NCBI RefSeq assembly: GCF_036588685.1
Contig: NC_086374.1
Location: 2,046,001 to 2,110,000, forward strand
DNA length: 64,000 bases
Origin: Mytilus trossulus
Taxonomy: Eukaryota
Direction: 5' to 3'
Positions 1 to 12,475 of the stretch are shown here, piece after piece. The notes beneath the pieces were generated by a model. That model had not been told where the DNA came from. It was given only the letters and a program-made list of their open reading frames with translations, and searched no databases. Both the position numbers and the translations under genes were made by a program. Within the stretch, counting starts at the first letter, position 1, and each line of letters opens with the position of its first letter.

Positions 1-136
1 TTTTTCAAATTACATCTCATGAAATTTATGAGTGTTAACTCAAACTTAATCTAATTCTTTTCAGATCTGACATTCTTGCAACATAAATCTATTTCTTAAC
101 ATTATTGACTTACTATTATTCACATAGAACTTTATT

Positions 137-291
137 TAAGGAATGACTGTAATATTTTTCATGTCTATGAAGAAATAACATGAAAAATTTGGTGCACACT
201 GATTAAAGCGTGTAGCGGGTTATTTAACAGTGTGCACCACATTTTTTATGTTATTTCGAATAGACAGAAAAATTATTACAGTCATTTCTTA
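137..291. mobile_element. Long imperfect palindrome (fold-back), part of a non-autonomous element extending to about 420
   Basis: taaggaatgactgtaat...gtgcacactg is mirrored by cagtgtgcac...attacagtcatttctta; arms of about 65 bp around a short spacer. Confidence 0.6.
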
Positions 292-447
292 TGATTTAAT
301 TCTAAATTCCATTTTAAACCATAGAAAACCATGGTCACATGACTAAATTATGTCTATGGGCTCATAACAAAATAATGTCAGCCAATCAGAAGACACGTTA
401 CATCCAAAATTAAATGATAAATAAATAAAAAAATAACATCAACCCAC

Positions 448-3400
448 CTTTACTAGTTTGTCTCTTAGTTCTAACTGTTCTTTTACACAAGAGAAATTTG
501 TATTTAATTCTGAATAATTTCTTTTCTGGTTTTCTAATTCCTGCAAGAAAATAATATTCACCATTAACTATTCTACACTAATATGTTCATGCTGTGAGCA
601 ACTACTCAATAGTGATACCTTCACTATAAGTTATCAGTGAATTGACTCTGTAATTGTCAATGTTTACTACTTTATTCTTTTTTTATTACTTTATAAAGTC
701 TGAAAGATTGTCAGTTTAATTTACCTGTGCCTTTTTTATATTGTCTCGGATTTATTTACCTGTGTTCTGTTTCATATTTTCAGTGTAATTGTCAGTATTC
801 ACTGATGTGTAAGTATTTACCTGTGATTTATCTTTATGTTGTGTAAGTATTTACCCGTGATTTATCTTTATATTGTCTGTGATTGTGTCAGTTTTTACCA
901 GTTTTATATTGTCAGTATTTACCTGTGATTTATCTTTATATTACCTGTTTGTGTGCCAGTATTTACCCGTGATTTACCTTTATATTGCCTGTTTGTGTGT
1001 CAGTATTTACCCGTGATTTATCTTTATATTGAGTAAGTATTTACCCCTGATTTATCTTTATATTGTGTAAGTATTTACCTGTGATTTATCTTTATATTGC
1101 CTGTTTGTGTGACAGTATTTACCCGTGATTTATCTATATACTGTGTTATTATTTACCTGTGATTTATCTTTATATTGTGTCAGTATTTACCCGTGATTTA
1201 TCTTTATATTGTGTCAGTACTTTCCCGTGATTTATCTTTGTATTGTGTCAGTATTTACCCATGTTTTATCTTTGTATTGTGTCAGTATTTACCAGTGATT
1301 TATCTTTATATTGTGTCAGTATTTACCCGTGAATTATCTTTATATTGTCTGTGATTGTGTCAGTATTTACCCATGATTTATCTTTGTATTGTGTCAGTAT
1401 TTACCCATGTTTTATCTTTGTATTGTGTCAGTATTTACCAGTGATTTATCTTTAAATTGTGTCAGTATTTACCTGTGATTTATCTTTGTATTGCCTGTGA
1501 TTTGTCGTTTTGTTTATGTCAGTATTTACCTGTGATTTATCTTTGAATTGCCTGTGATGTGTTGTTTTGTTTATGTCAGTATTTACCCATGACCTATCTA
1601 TATATTGTGTCAGTATTTACATAAAGGCAACAGTAGTATACCGCTGTTCAAAACTCATAAATCCATGGACATGCCTGTTTGTGTGACAGTATTTACCCGT
1701 GATTTATCTATATACTGTGTTATTATTTACCCATGATTTATCTATATACTGTGTTATTATTTACCAGTGATTTATCTATATATTGTGTATTATTTACCCG
1801 TGATCTATCTTTATATTGTGTCAGTATTTACCCGTGATTTATCTTTATACTGCCTCTGTAAGTCTGTCAGAGATTCCTCTTGTTCTTCCATTTGATCTTT
1901 CAGAAGTTCTACTTGATACACCAGTGAATGTTTTTCATTATCAAGTTGAGCATTTGTCATCATAGCTTTTTTAAATTTTTCTTCCATTTCTCGTAACTTT
2001 GACTGTAATTAAAAAATAGAAACATAACTATGGTTTTGGGCCAGGAGAGCTAAAAATACTACACTTTTTCAAAGAAAATTGAAATCATGTAGGTAATTTA
2101 TGAGGCCATACATCATTCGTTTTACAATTGCATAAGAACTTTGCATCAGCTTCATAGTTTTTAGTGTTTAATATTTACCAGACTACTGTGCATCACAATT
2201 CACGAGTGTAGTTTGTGTTTTAAGTTGGATGAAAATCCTTCCATATTAAGTATGTGGTCTTCGAGATACACCAATCAGAACTGCTTGAGAGTAAGATACA
2301 CCAATCAGAATTGCTTTAGAGTAAGATACACCAATCAAAACTGCTTGAGAGTAAGATACACCAATCAGAACTGCTTGAGAGTAAGATACACCAATCAGAA
2401 CTGCTTGACTCCTTGATAGAAAGATACACCAATCAGAACTGCTTGAGAATAAGATACAACAATCAGAACTGCTTGAGAGTAAGATACACCAATCAGAACT
2501 GCTTGGGAGTAAGATACACCAATCAAAACTGCTTGAGAGTAAAATACACCAATCAGAACTGCTTGAGAGTAAGATACACCAATCAGAACTGCTTGAGAGT
2601 AAGATACAACAATCAGAACTGCTTGAGAGTAAGATACACCAATCAGAACTGCTTGAGAGTAAGATACACCAATCAGAATTGCTTGGGAGTAAGATACACC
2701 AATCAAAACTGCTTGAGAGTAAAATACACCAATCAGAACTGCTTGAGAGTAAGATACACCAATCAGAACTGCTTGATAGAAAGATCCACCAATCAGAACT
2801 GCTTGAGAGTAAGATACAACAATCAGAACTGCTTTATAGTAAGATCAATGTATGAGTATTTATAGCGTGACTGTAATACTTTACCTTGAGTTCCCTTGTA
2901 AAATCTTTAGCGTTTTGGGACAGGTCAAGGTCATCAATAGTTGACGTAGATTCTTCACTTCCTCTTCTGTGTTCAACGCGTGTCTGAAATATAAAAGCCA
3001 TTACTAAGACATGGAAGTCTAATAGAAGTTTTGGTTAAAATTAAAGTTGGTTTGACTGATCAGTCAATTTGTTCCCCTGCAGTTTCAATGGGATGAAAGT
3101 TAAACAAAACTAACGCTAAGTTTTATAACTGTATTGCTATAATTCTGTCAGAAATATTTAAGAACAAAGATCTACAGAAGTGATCAGTGTAACAAGTGAT
3201 GTAAGCTGAAGAAAGAAAAAAGACAGTAATAAATGTTGTACTTGTGTAATATTTCCAAACAATTAAAAGAGAAAAAAAACCTGCAAAATATGTGTTAATA
3301 TGTAAGCGTAGTTCATCAAAATAACATGTGCATTTCTTTTTAAATATCTATCGCATTGAAAAGTTACTAGTACAAACTAAATGAAATGTTCAATTATAAA

Positions 3401-6400
3401 TTTTCTGCTACTTTGTGGAACTCTGATATTGAAGAATACAAATAAAGAGTACTTTTTTTCCACACTCCCTGTTCACTACATTGCATGGGGGGAAATTATT
3501 TCATAATCATGTTGTCTTCATTTAGTAACTGTCTCCACAATTGCTGATTGGATCCCCAAAAGTACTTGTGACATCACAAGTTTTAGAAATATGATAGCTG
3601 TCAGTTACCAGGCATTGCCAGGAAAGCTACTAGTATTTAATTTAATCATATACAAAATTTAAAGATCATTCTTTTATCAAGTTTTGGAATACCCCTCTTC
3701 TGTGCAGATCAATCCATACACATTCTTTATTGAAATCAAAACAGATTTTTAATAAATAACTAAAACAATTTTAAAATAACTTCCAGATTTTGTAGTTAAT
3801 AGAACTATTAATACTTGAATGTTAAATAAACGTGACCAGACATACCCGGGATTCGTCATCTTGAGCAGCTTTCTGACGTTCTTCTTCCTGTTACACAAAG
3901 TAGTTAGTACATTAACGCAATAATATAAAAACTTTAAATAAAGCAACACAGATTTCAAAATCCTTCTGATGAAGCATAAAACTATGAATCATACACAAAC
4001 ATGATGTAAACACTATGCACAACTTCAAGGTCATAATTACTGTTCAATATTTAGCAGCAGAAAATGCATTATAATAACAGCAATCTTTAGACATACCTAT
4101 ACATTATTTCAGGAATATTATGCTAATAAGGTCAAACATAAGACATCTAAATGGTATTTCTATTTATTTAAAATGTTTATTTTCACACAAAAATATAGGT
4201 GAACTGTAGAGAAAATATGATTTCATTTTTGTGAACTGCATATCTTAGAGCTTTTTGTTTATAGTAAAGGAATAGCCAAATTGAATTGCCTGCTTTTTAT
4301 GTCATGATACAAAAAAAAATGAAAATTTAAATCATCACCAAAAAGTATACAGATCTTTATATTAATATAACAAAGAAGTGTGTTAAGTTTTAAGCAATAA
4401 TCATAAATTGTTTTTTAGATACGCCGCGACATGTAATAACCCCCTCCCCCTTTTTTACAAAATACTCAATAACTCAAAAATGAAATTTTGAATCATCACC
4501 AAAAAGTATACAGATCTTAAAATTAATATAAATAAGAAGTGTGTAAAGTTTTAAGCACCCCTGTTTTAGTTACAAATTGCCGTAACTCAAAAAGTTTTAA
4601 TCTTATTTTTACCAAAAAGTATACAGATCATTTGACTATCATAAGAAACAACTATAACAAGTTTCATGAAATTTGGATAAGTCGTTCTCAAGTTACGGTG
4701 CGACATGTTTATGCTGGACAGACGGACACCGGACATTTGTATAACATAATACGCCCAGTCAAAATTTTGACGGGCGTATAAAAATGTAAAATGCATTATC
4801 GCCAAAATTCATAAATCAAACAGCATACACAATGTCATAAAAAGCCAACAGCATCTTACACGTTAAATTATCAATAGCAGAAAATAAGATGCGTGTAAAC
4901 TTCAATGTAACAAGATGCCTGTAAATATCCCTTACCTCTCTTTGTTGTCTCTCTATTTCTTTTGTTCTTATTTCGCGTGCTTCAGCTCTTGCTGCTCTCC
5001 TAGCTGCAAGTCGTGCTTCAGCCTGTAAAATATAAATATTATTTTATTGATTTACAAAACAAACTGACAATACCATGACAAAAATCAGAAAATTATGACA
5101 AGGCAAACAACGATACACAAAACACAATATAGAAAATCAAAATTTGGTACATATATACATTTGATATATACATGTACATTCATGACATTAGAGTAAACTT
5201 ATTATTAATGTATCATGATTGTACCATTGCTTTGTCAATGAAGTGTGATATGTTGGTCGAAGTGAACTATTTCATTGGTAGGTTGCTTTTGTTATACTGT
5301 GATCATGTACATGCAACCTCATATTTACTTATACATACTAGTTCTTTCAAAATTAAGAGATTTTAATGTAGGTAGTATAGTAAATAACCTCATCATAGAT
5401 ACCGGGACTAAATTTAGTATATACGCCAGACGCCCATTTCATCTACAAAAGACTCATCAGTGACGCTCTAATCCAAAAAAGTTAGAAAGGCAAAACAAAA
5501 GGGTAAACAGTTGTACATGTTGTACATTTCACTGATGAATGAAAATTCACAAATGCAAGTTATGTAAGTGATCTACTTTGGTGGGTGGCTGTTTATTTTT
5601 TCCAGATGCATCTAAACACCTCTGCCTTTCAGTCTTAATTAGAATATTGCTCTACGAGTTTACATTATAAACCAATTATAGACTAGAGAACTGACTGGGA
5701 CCAAAATGTCAAGCTTATAAAATAAGATGTGGTACTCCATATTCCCCCATTTTTGTTGAGGTAAACTAAAAGGAATAGTTTAGACAAAAACTATGACATG
5801 GCTTTGAATCTTTCAAGATATTTCTAGACGAAGGAAACCATGACATTTAAATTACAATTTTGACTACACAATGATCAAAGCTAAATATTTAAAAAACAAT
5901 AAAGTAGTACATGGACTGAGGATAAAGGGATATATATTGCAATATCTCTCATTTATTTAATTATACACATAAACAGTTGGTTAAGATAAAAACCGCCAAA
6001 GGATGATGTTGTGTGTGAATCATTAGTTATATCTACAATGTAAATCACAGAGTCATGTTATAATTATCTCAACAGAAGGGAAACTATCATCTATAAATAA
6101 AACAATAGCTAGCTTTATTTTTGTAAGCACTTCATCAATCTAATTTAGTCAAATACTTGTTTTAGTGTCAGATACATGTGGGTAAAATGCTTGAAATTCT
6201 ACTTTTTTTATATAGTAAAAATCAGTTACCCAAGGCCATACATGTCTTCTCATAATTTTACCCCCCCACCCCCACCCCTCTTTTCTCACCTTTCTCCCCT
6301 TTTGCACACAGATACTAGTGGGATACTGACCCCATAACAAAATTTCTGAGAATTACATTAAAATGTGTATTGAAACACAACTTCAAACATGTTATAATTA

Positions 6401-9400
6401 GGAATTGTTATGTTTCTGTTACTTTAAAAATAAAGTAGATTTTTTTTATATATAAAAGTGTGAAACCAAACCTATTTTACGGCAAGGAAATTCTACACAA
6501 AAAAACTCTGGGCATTACAATTGGAAGGTGTTACTCTGCACAAAAGTATCTGGTTGAAATTGATGTGTATTATATATATATACATAAAACTCTTGGTATT
6601 GCAATTGGAAGGTTTCTCCCTGCACAAAAGTAACTGTTATAAATCTATGTGTATTATTAAACTCTAGACATTGCAATTGGAAGGTGTCTCCCTGCACAAA
6701 AGTAACTGTATGAAATCTATAAACTTTAAAGTGCAGCTGCTGTTATGCATCTCCATGGAAATGAGATTTACCATTTGCAAGCAAATTAAGTTTATATCAA
6801 AAGTTGATAAACCCTGACTAAGGGGCTAGGGTTAATAATCTAATGACATGAAAAAAGATGTGCCAATACTAATATAACTGCAAACGGAATAGCATTGACC
6901 TTTAAATTTTGAGGCAAAAACTATCAAATTACAACCAATAAGTAGCAGTGTAGATGATGATATAAAAAAAAATTCAAAACAGTGCATGTTATTATAAAAG
7001 TAACAACTAAGTTTTCTAATGTGCGAAAATATTAACATTGAACAATAAACTATGGAAATGAGGTCAAGGTCAGATTATATCTGCATGACAGACACCTCAA
7101 AAGTAGTCCATACACAAAATCTAGTTGATCTATTGGTCTAACTAATTAAAACATGATGTTCATCATGTAGTATCCAACCAGGAAACCATCATCATGATCA
7201 TGTTTAATCAGTAGGTCCAATAGGTCACAATGAACTCTTAGGTCATGAAGACTGAGATAATAAGTTATATTGCAAAACAATATTTTCTTCTTACTGATGG
7301 GACTCACAATGGCAAAAAATGATGAGTCCCTGGGCTGGCCTTCAAAAATCCTTAGTGAGAACCCTCATAGTGATAATATTAATGAATCAATATACAAATA
7401 AAAATAAGAAGATGTGGTACAATGTATGAGTGCCAATGAGACAACTCTTCATCCAAGTCACATTGACACAATGTAAAAAGTACACAATAAAAGGTGTTAG
7501 TACAGCCTTTATCACAGGCAAACAAACAAAAATACTTATGAACCACATCAACATACGACACTGAACAGACTCTTAACATATATCAGGTGCATGCAAAATT
7601 GCAAATGCACTGTCAAGACTGTTATTGTTAATAATCCATTTTGACCCAATGATCCTGAAATTTTTCTTTGAACATTTTATAGTGGCTTAAAAACTTGGTT
7701 TTCAATCTTGCACTTTTTTACAAATGAACCTACAGCTGACAATGTATCTTCAGGGAGCTAGATTAAAACAATGTTGAAGCAACTAAAAATTTTGGGATTC
7801 TTTTATGCAGATTTTTTTTCCTTCAGTTTTCTGTCAATGGATGGTTTAAAGTGGAGCTACAAAACAAAAGACTCTATGAGTAATTCTTGAAAGATTGCTA
7901 TTCAGAAATTTACTGAATAGGTAAATCATGGTAAAGTGATTACATAACAACACAGTATTTACTCAAAATTGTAAAAAATCTGCTCTTTTAACTTGCTCTT
8001 TTTGTCATAGCAAAAATGACATTCTCCGCTACTTTTTCAATATTTACACTGAAATCCTGATGAACACTGGGCTTACCACATTGAGTGTCACACAGCGAGA
8101 TAGGCTAACGTCTGATCGTGAGTTGCTATACACCAGTGTGTTCACAATCGAGAGACCTCACGCTTGATTGAATTCATCTAACTAAAATTACATGCCAGGT
8201 CAGTCTTGTATGTCTCAAACATTGTTGCTATTTTTTCGTTTGTTAAATTTTCTTCAACACGAGGAAGCAGTTATCGCACAAAGAAGCGATTTTCTGATGA
8301 TATCAGACGCAACTCTGGGACCATTATCATGTAGTGTATGAAAGTAAAATATGATAAGACTTTCCAATACTGCTTTGGCAAGTTTGCATGGTGGCAAGCT
8401 CTGGTAGTCTGTCCACCACATCGCCATGGCATATTTACCAGGATATTGAAGGGTTCCAAATAAATCTTATGCTGATTGGAACATCTCATTTAAAACAGAT
8501 TCATCGCTTCAATGAACTCATAACAACACAATAACAGTTCTACATTTTGTTTAAGCCTCCAACAGATCACGTTTGATACCTTTCAGGTACATGTATTTCA
8601 ACAGATAAACCGTAATCTGTTAAATGTGCTCCAAAATTACAAGTGCAATTACACATTGTAATGGATGCAAGCAACTGTCGGTTTTGTCTCCAATCAAACT
8701 TTTATTTTGAAACCAAATGCTGTTATTTAATGACAAATGCTGTTATTTAATGACAAATGCTGTTATTTAATGACAAATGCTGTTATCTAATGACAAATGC
8801 TGTTATCTAATGACAAATGCTGTTATTTAATGACAAATGCTGTTATCTAATGACAAATGCTGTTATTTAATGACAAATGCTGTTATCTAATGACAAATGC
8901 TGTTATCTAATGACAAATGCTGTTATCTAATGACAAATGCTGTTATTTAATGACAAATGCTGTTATCTAATGACAAATGCTGTTATCTAATGACAAATGC
9001 TGTTATTTAATGACAAATGCTGTTATCTAATGACAAATGCTGTTATCTAATGACAAATGCTGTTATCTAATGACAAATGCTGTTATCTAATGACAAATGC
9101 TGTTATCTAATGACAAATGCTGTTATTTAATGACAAATGCTGTTATCTAATGACAAATGCTGTTATTTAATGACAAATGCTGTTATTTAATGACAAATGC
9201 TGTTATTTAATGACATTTCATCAATTCAAAAAGTGACAACATACATGGATGTGTTTCCTTTAAACATTATTTATACATTATTATTTTGCAAATTTTTTTT
9301 CCATGCCTAATCAATGTGCACGCAACTGAGTGTTGGCGTATCGGGTGCTACATGCCTGATCTTTTAATTCTTCAACAAAAATTATAAACCGTCTAGTTGT

Positions 9401-11758
9401 GGAACCTTACCATTTATAACCCATGTGAAATTTTTGATATTTTGCAAACTATTGACTTTGCAATAACTTTTGGAATTCACAGACCATAAACACCAATCTC
9501 AAGATGTAGCGTTAACCGTGCAGGCAACCCAGCCCAGTCTATCAAAACATCTCTACAGGCCAATAAAAACTAACTAAAATTACTGTTGCAGTAAAATTCT
9601 GGCCTGTTGATTCAAAAGTTATCAATCATGAAGACTGAAACACAAGTTGTTTTTAATGAATGACTGACATAATAACATAAGCATTAGGACAAATGAATAG
9701 AATTGAGAAAGGAAATGGGGAATGTGTCAAAGCGACAACAAACTGACCATAGAGCCAACAACCGCCCACATGTGCTTATACTTGTAATTTTGTATGTAAA
9801 TTGTCTGCCATTTAATAAAATCACACAATTCCCATAAAATTTATTGATTGCTACTTGACGTTAGTACAATGTAGGTTATTGGGAAGAGATCTAAAGCCAT
9901 ACCGTATAAAAAGTTCAGCTACATTTTTGTACCTGTACATAACAATCAAGGCTTCCAAAACGGTCATATATTCCGGTCATTTGTATAATGTCCGGTAAAA
10001 GTCCGGCTGGGTAAAGCATGAAACGGTCATCTACTTTTAATTTTCAAAGGCCTTTTCAGTCATTTTAACATATAAATTCACGATCTTTTTGACCCAACCT
10101 TTTGCCTTTAACAGCCATACATTTCCGGTCATAAAAGTGACATGATGATTAATTACTATCAAAACAACCCCTACTTCAATACTTTCTAATTTTAATCAAG
10201 GCTAATTAGTTATTGGAAAGCTGAAAACTACCTGTTCAGGTGACAGGTAAACTATTTTCAGTACCGGATATCGTATAAACTAATCGGTCCATTTACAATT
10301 ACTTTCTTACATTTCAGCAGTTTGTATCTAATTGATTTAGTCCAAAAGATCAATTTTATAATAAAAACATTTATAAACATGATTTGATGAAACATTTAAA
10401 AAGGTTTTAAATGAAAAATCGTCAGAACTACGTTGTATGAACAAGAACACATGTGCGCATGTGCACAGATGGGAAATTCAATTATGCATCCTACATTTCT
10501 TCAAAAAAGTTAAAACTATCATTGATACCTGTATCTACGTTCATTTCAAGTATTTTGTTGAAGAAATAAGGTGGAAAGAGCTTCTTCGCTCAGTCGTGCT
10601 ATATAAACGTACACAGATTTTACGTATCCGTTTATGGTCTATGTTTTACCATTGTCAAGTCAACATCTGGTTTTGAAAAATGAGACTTTAAAAACAAAAA
10701 TAAAGTTCTAGACAACGTCATTTTGCACAAATAAAGAGTCTTATGAAGATACGAGCACGCTGATGTGCACACTTTGAATGATGCAATGCCAATTTTAACA
10801 GTTTATGTCAGAACATCAAATTCATATCAAAGTGAAGTTTAATATCGTTTTAATCTAATGTCAATCATTGGGATGGCCATCTGATTACCATAACTGCCTC
10901 ATGTGACTTAGTCTTAGGGATTAAATTTCGGATCGGATATAAACTGTCCGGCTGGCTCAGTAAAATTTTGGAAGCCCTGATAACAATAGCATAAAATTAA
11001 GTGTTGATTTTAAGGGAAAGTGCATGAATTCGTAAGTAATTGTTGTTGACCAGCAGGATGACCATGTCATATCTAGAGGGAGCTACCCAAAGGGTTATCG
11101 AGTAGAACTAGAAGTCTTGGGGTTGTGGAGTAGTGGACCTGGGAGTTGTTCAGATGGATGTTTAATACACAGCCTGAAAAAAGAAAAGGGGGAAGAGTGT
11201 TGTAGACCTGGAGATATAAAGGTAGTGCTAACTAGTTGAGTTAGGGAAGATCTTCTTTAGCTCAATTGGTTAGAGCGCTGCCTTAAGATCCTGTAATTGA
11301 GAGTTTGAATCCCAGCAGGCACCATCCATGGATTTTCACATCATCTACAAAAGTACTAGTCCAAATAATTATGACGTCTTGGAAGGCTATGTTAATTTTT
11401 GCTTTGACACAAACATATTTTTATACGAGGGGAGATAGGACCTTTATCAGGACTCCTGGATCGGGTGTTTTTCAGCTCGGGATTTTGGTATTGACCCTTT
11501 TGGGATCCGGGAAATCTTTATTCGAATTCGGGACCTAGGGATTATGTTGTTTTTAAGCCCGGTGTTTCGGGATTTAATGTTTTTAAGCACGGGATTCAGG
11601 ATCATCACCCCTCCTACCCTATATGTATACAAGGAAAAAAAGTCTAGAGCTTGAAACTTCATATTTAAACTTACTTCTTTCGATATCTGATTTAATGCTT
11701 GGTCCTCAGCTGAAAATTGTTGTGTTGCTGACCTTCTCCTTCCAGATGCACCGCTCAT
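448..11758 (-). CDS. LRRFIP2: Leucine-rich repeat flightless-interacting protein 2-like, 5' part. Coding exons 11758-11675, 5022-4936, 3887-3846, 2983-2885, 2002-1832, 540-448; continues past the left edge
   Basis: Six GT-AG exons, all phase 0, splice into [57 protein letters not shown]...-RRGSEES...-EEKFKKAMMTNAQLDNEKHSLVYQVELLKD, the LRRFIP signature motifs. Invertebrate co-orthologue of LRRFIP1/2. Confidence 0.93.
715..1850 (-). repeat. About 34-bp minisatellite (roughly 25-30 copies) built from the LRRFIP2 exon 3' end plus 5' splice donor
   Basis: Minus-strand unit tataaagataaatcacgg|gtaaatactgacacaa; the last copy is the real exon end at 1832; period 34 measured between 1796 and 1830. 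Confidence 0.9.
2263..2845 (+). repeat. 30-bp minisatellite, about 19 copies, in an LRRFIP2 intron
   Basis: Unit agagtaagatacaccaatcagaactgcttg; explains the repetitive ORFs at 2213-2865. Confidence 0.95.
4300..4783 (-). mobile_element. Helentron/DINE-like non-autonomous element fragment
   Basis: Terminal hairpin atacgccc(a)gtcaaaattttgacgggcgtat next to a T-run, (gtcc/gtct) microsatellite and internal repeats of about 165 bp. Confidence 0.6.
5380..5490 (-). mobile_element. Retrozyme-family fragment with near-canonical hammerhead in LRRFIP2 intron 1
   Basis: Minus RNA GCGUCA-CUGAUGA-GUCU UUUGU AGAU-GAAAU GGGC GUC/UGGCGU at 5422-5468. Confidence 0.7.
6515..6720 (+). repeat. Three degenerate tandem copies of a 70-85 bp unit
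   Basis: caattggaagg...tgcacaaaagta recurs at about 6518, 6602 and 6674. Confidence 0.75.
8715..9215 (+). repeat. 20-bp minisatellite, 25 copies
   Basis: aaatgctgttat(t/c)taatgac repeated with a single variable position. Confidence 0.97.
9947..10979. mobile_element. Non-autonomous hAT-type DNA transposon
   Basis: TIRs caaggcttccaaaa / ttttggaagccctg; 8-bp TSD ataacaat at 9939-9946 and 10980-10987; subterminal ccggtc/ccggct motifs. Confidence 0.85.
11251..11324 (+). pseudogene. Degenerate tRNA-derived sequence (tRNA pseudogene or SINE head)
   Basis: A-box/D-arm tagctcaattggttagagc with GCTC/GAGC stem, B-box-like gtttgaatccc, ends ...gcacca; anticodon and acceptor stems do not pair. Confidence 0.55.
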
Positions 11759-12014
11759 TTTGTAGTTGATAAGTTAGTCGGACACTCAAATGTAATCCTG
11801 AAACTTGAGCCTAGCGGTACTCAGCCGCAGGAGTTCGTTTACACACCCACTAAAATTTGTTTTTTTGCGGTTGTTTTGAAATAATTTCAAGACCAATGCA
11901 GTTTTTTCAATAAACCTTGATTGTCAAAATGTTTAGGGTAGTGTATTATGTTAGTTTCGTCATTGCTCATGTCGAAAAAAGATACTTTTGAGACTACTTT
12001 CCCATTAGTATAGA

Positions 12015-12050
12015 GTATAGCAATATGGCCGAAACCCGGATGTGAAGTCA
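12015..12050. promoter_or_regulatory. Putative LRRFIP2 promoter elements (YY1-like and ETS-like motifs)
   Basis: caatatggcc (YY1-like) next to accCGGATGTg (ETS-like), about 270 bp upstream of the ATG. Motif match only. Confidence 0.4.
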
Positions 12051-12475
12051 TATTTGGGTCAATAAAATTTTCGGATAAAAATAGACAAAACGAATATATT
12101 TTTTGTACGAAACGAAATTATTTAAAGTTCAAAAGCTCATTTTATTTATAGACGATAATTGTATAGAAATAATAAGCTCTATAATGGTTGGAGCTTTTAT
12201 AAATTCTTCATACTAAAACATATTCAAAACACGTTTAAAGAAGCCCTACTGACCCCTTTCATTAAAAGAGTGACCAATTGTTGAAAATACAATACAACAA
12301 TCATGATAGACCAGAATCTTTGACAATGCATTATGTATAACATTCAACTAACGGAATACTTCGGTAAAATATGTAATCCCTTATAAGCGTATTTAGACGT
12401 GGACCTGAATGTCAGACCACACATTTCAGTCTGACAGTGTGTTAGAAGATTGGCGCACGGTGACATACACAACTT

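Noticed and set aside
2213-2865. Repetitive ORFs (RYTNQNCLRV)n and the antisense equivalent
   Set aside because: By-product of a 30-bp intronic minisatellite; open on both strands, with no splice or start context.
8050-8600. Coding-looking, slightly GC-richer stretch in LRRFIP2 intron 1 (AWWQA reminiscent of PWWP or a transposase remnant)
   Set aside because: Stops in the frames examined and no motif I can identify reliably; needs a translated search.
11251-11324. Functional tRNA gene
   Set aside because: Only the D-arm pairs; acceptor, anticodon and T stems are broken.
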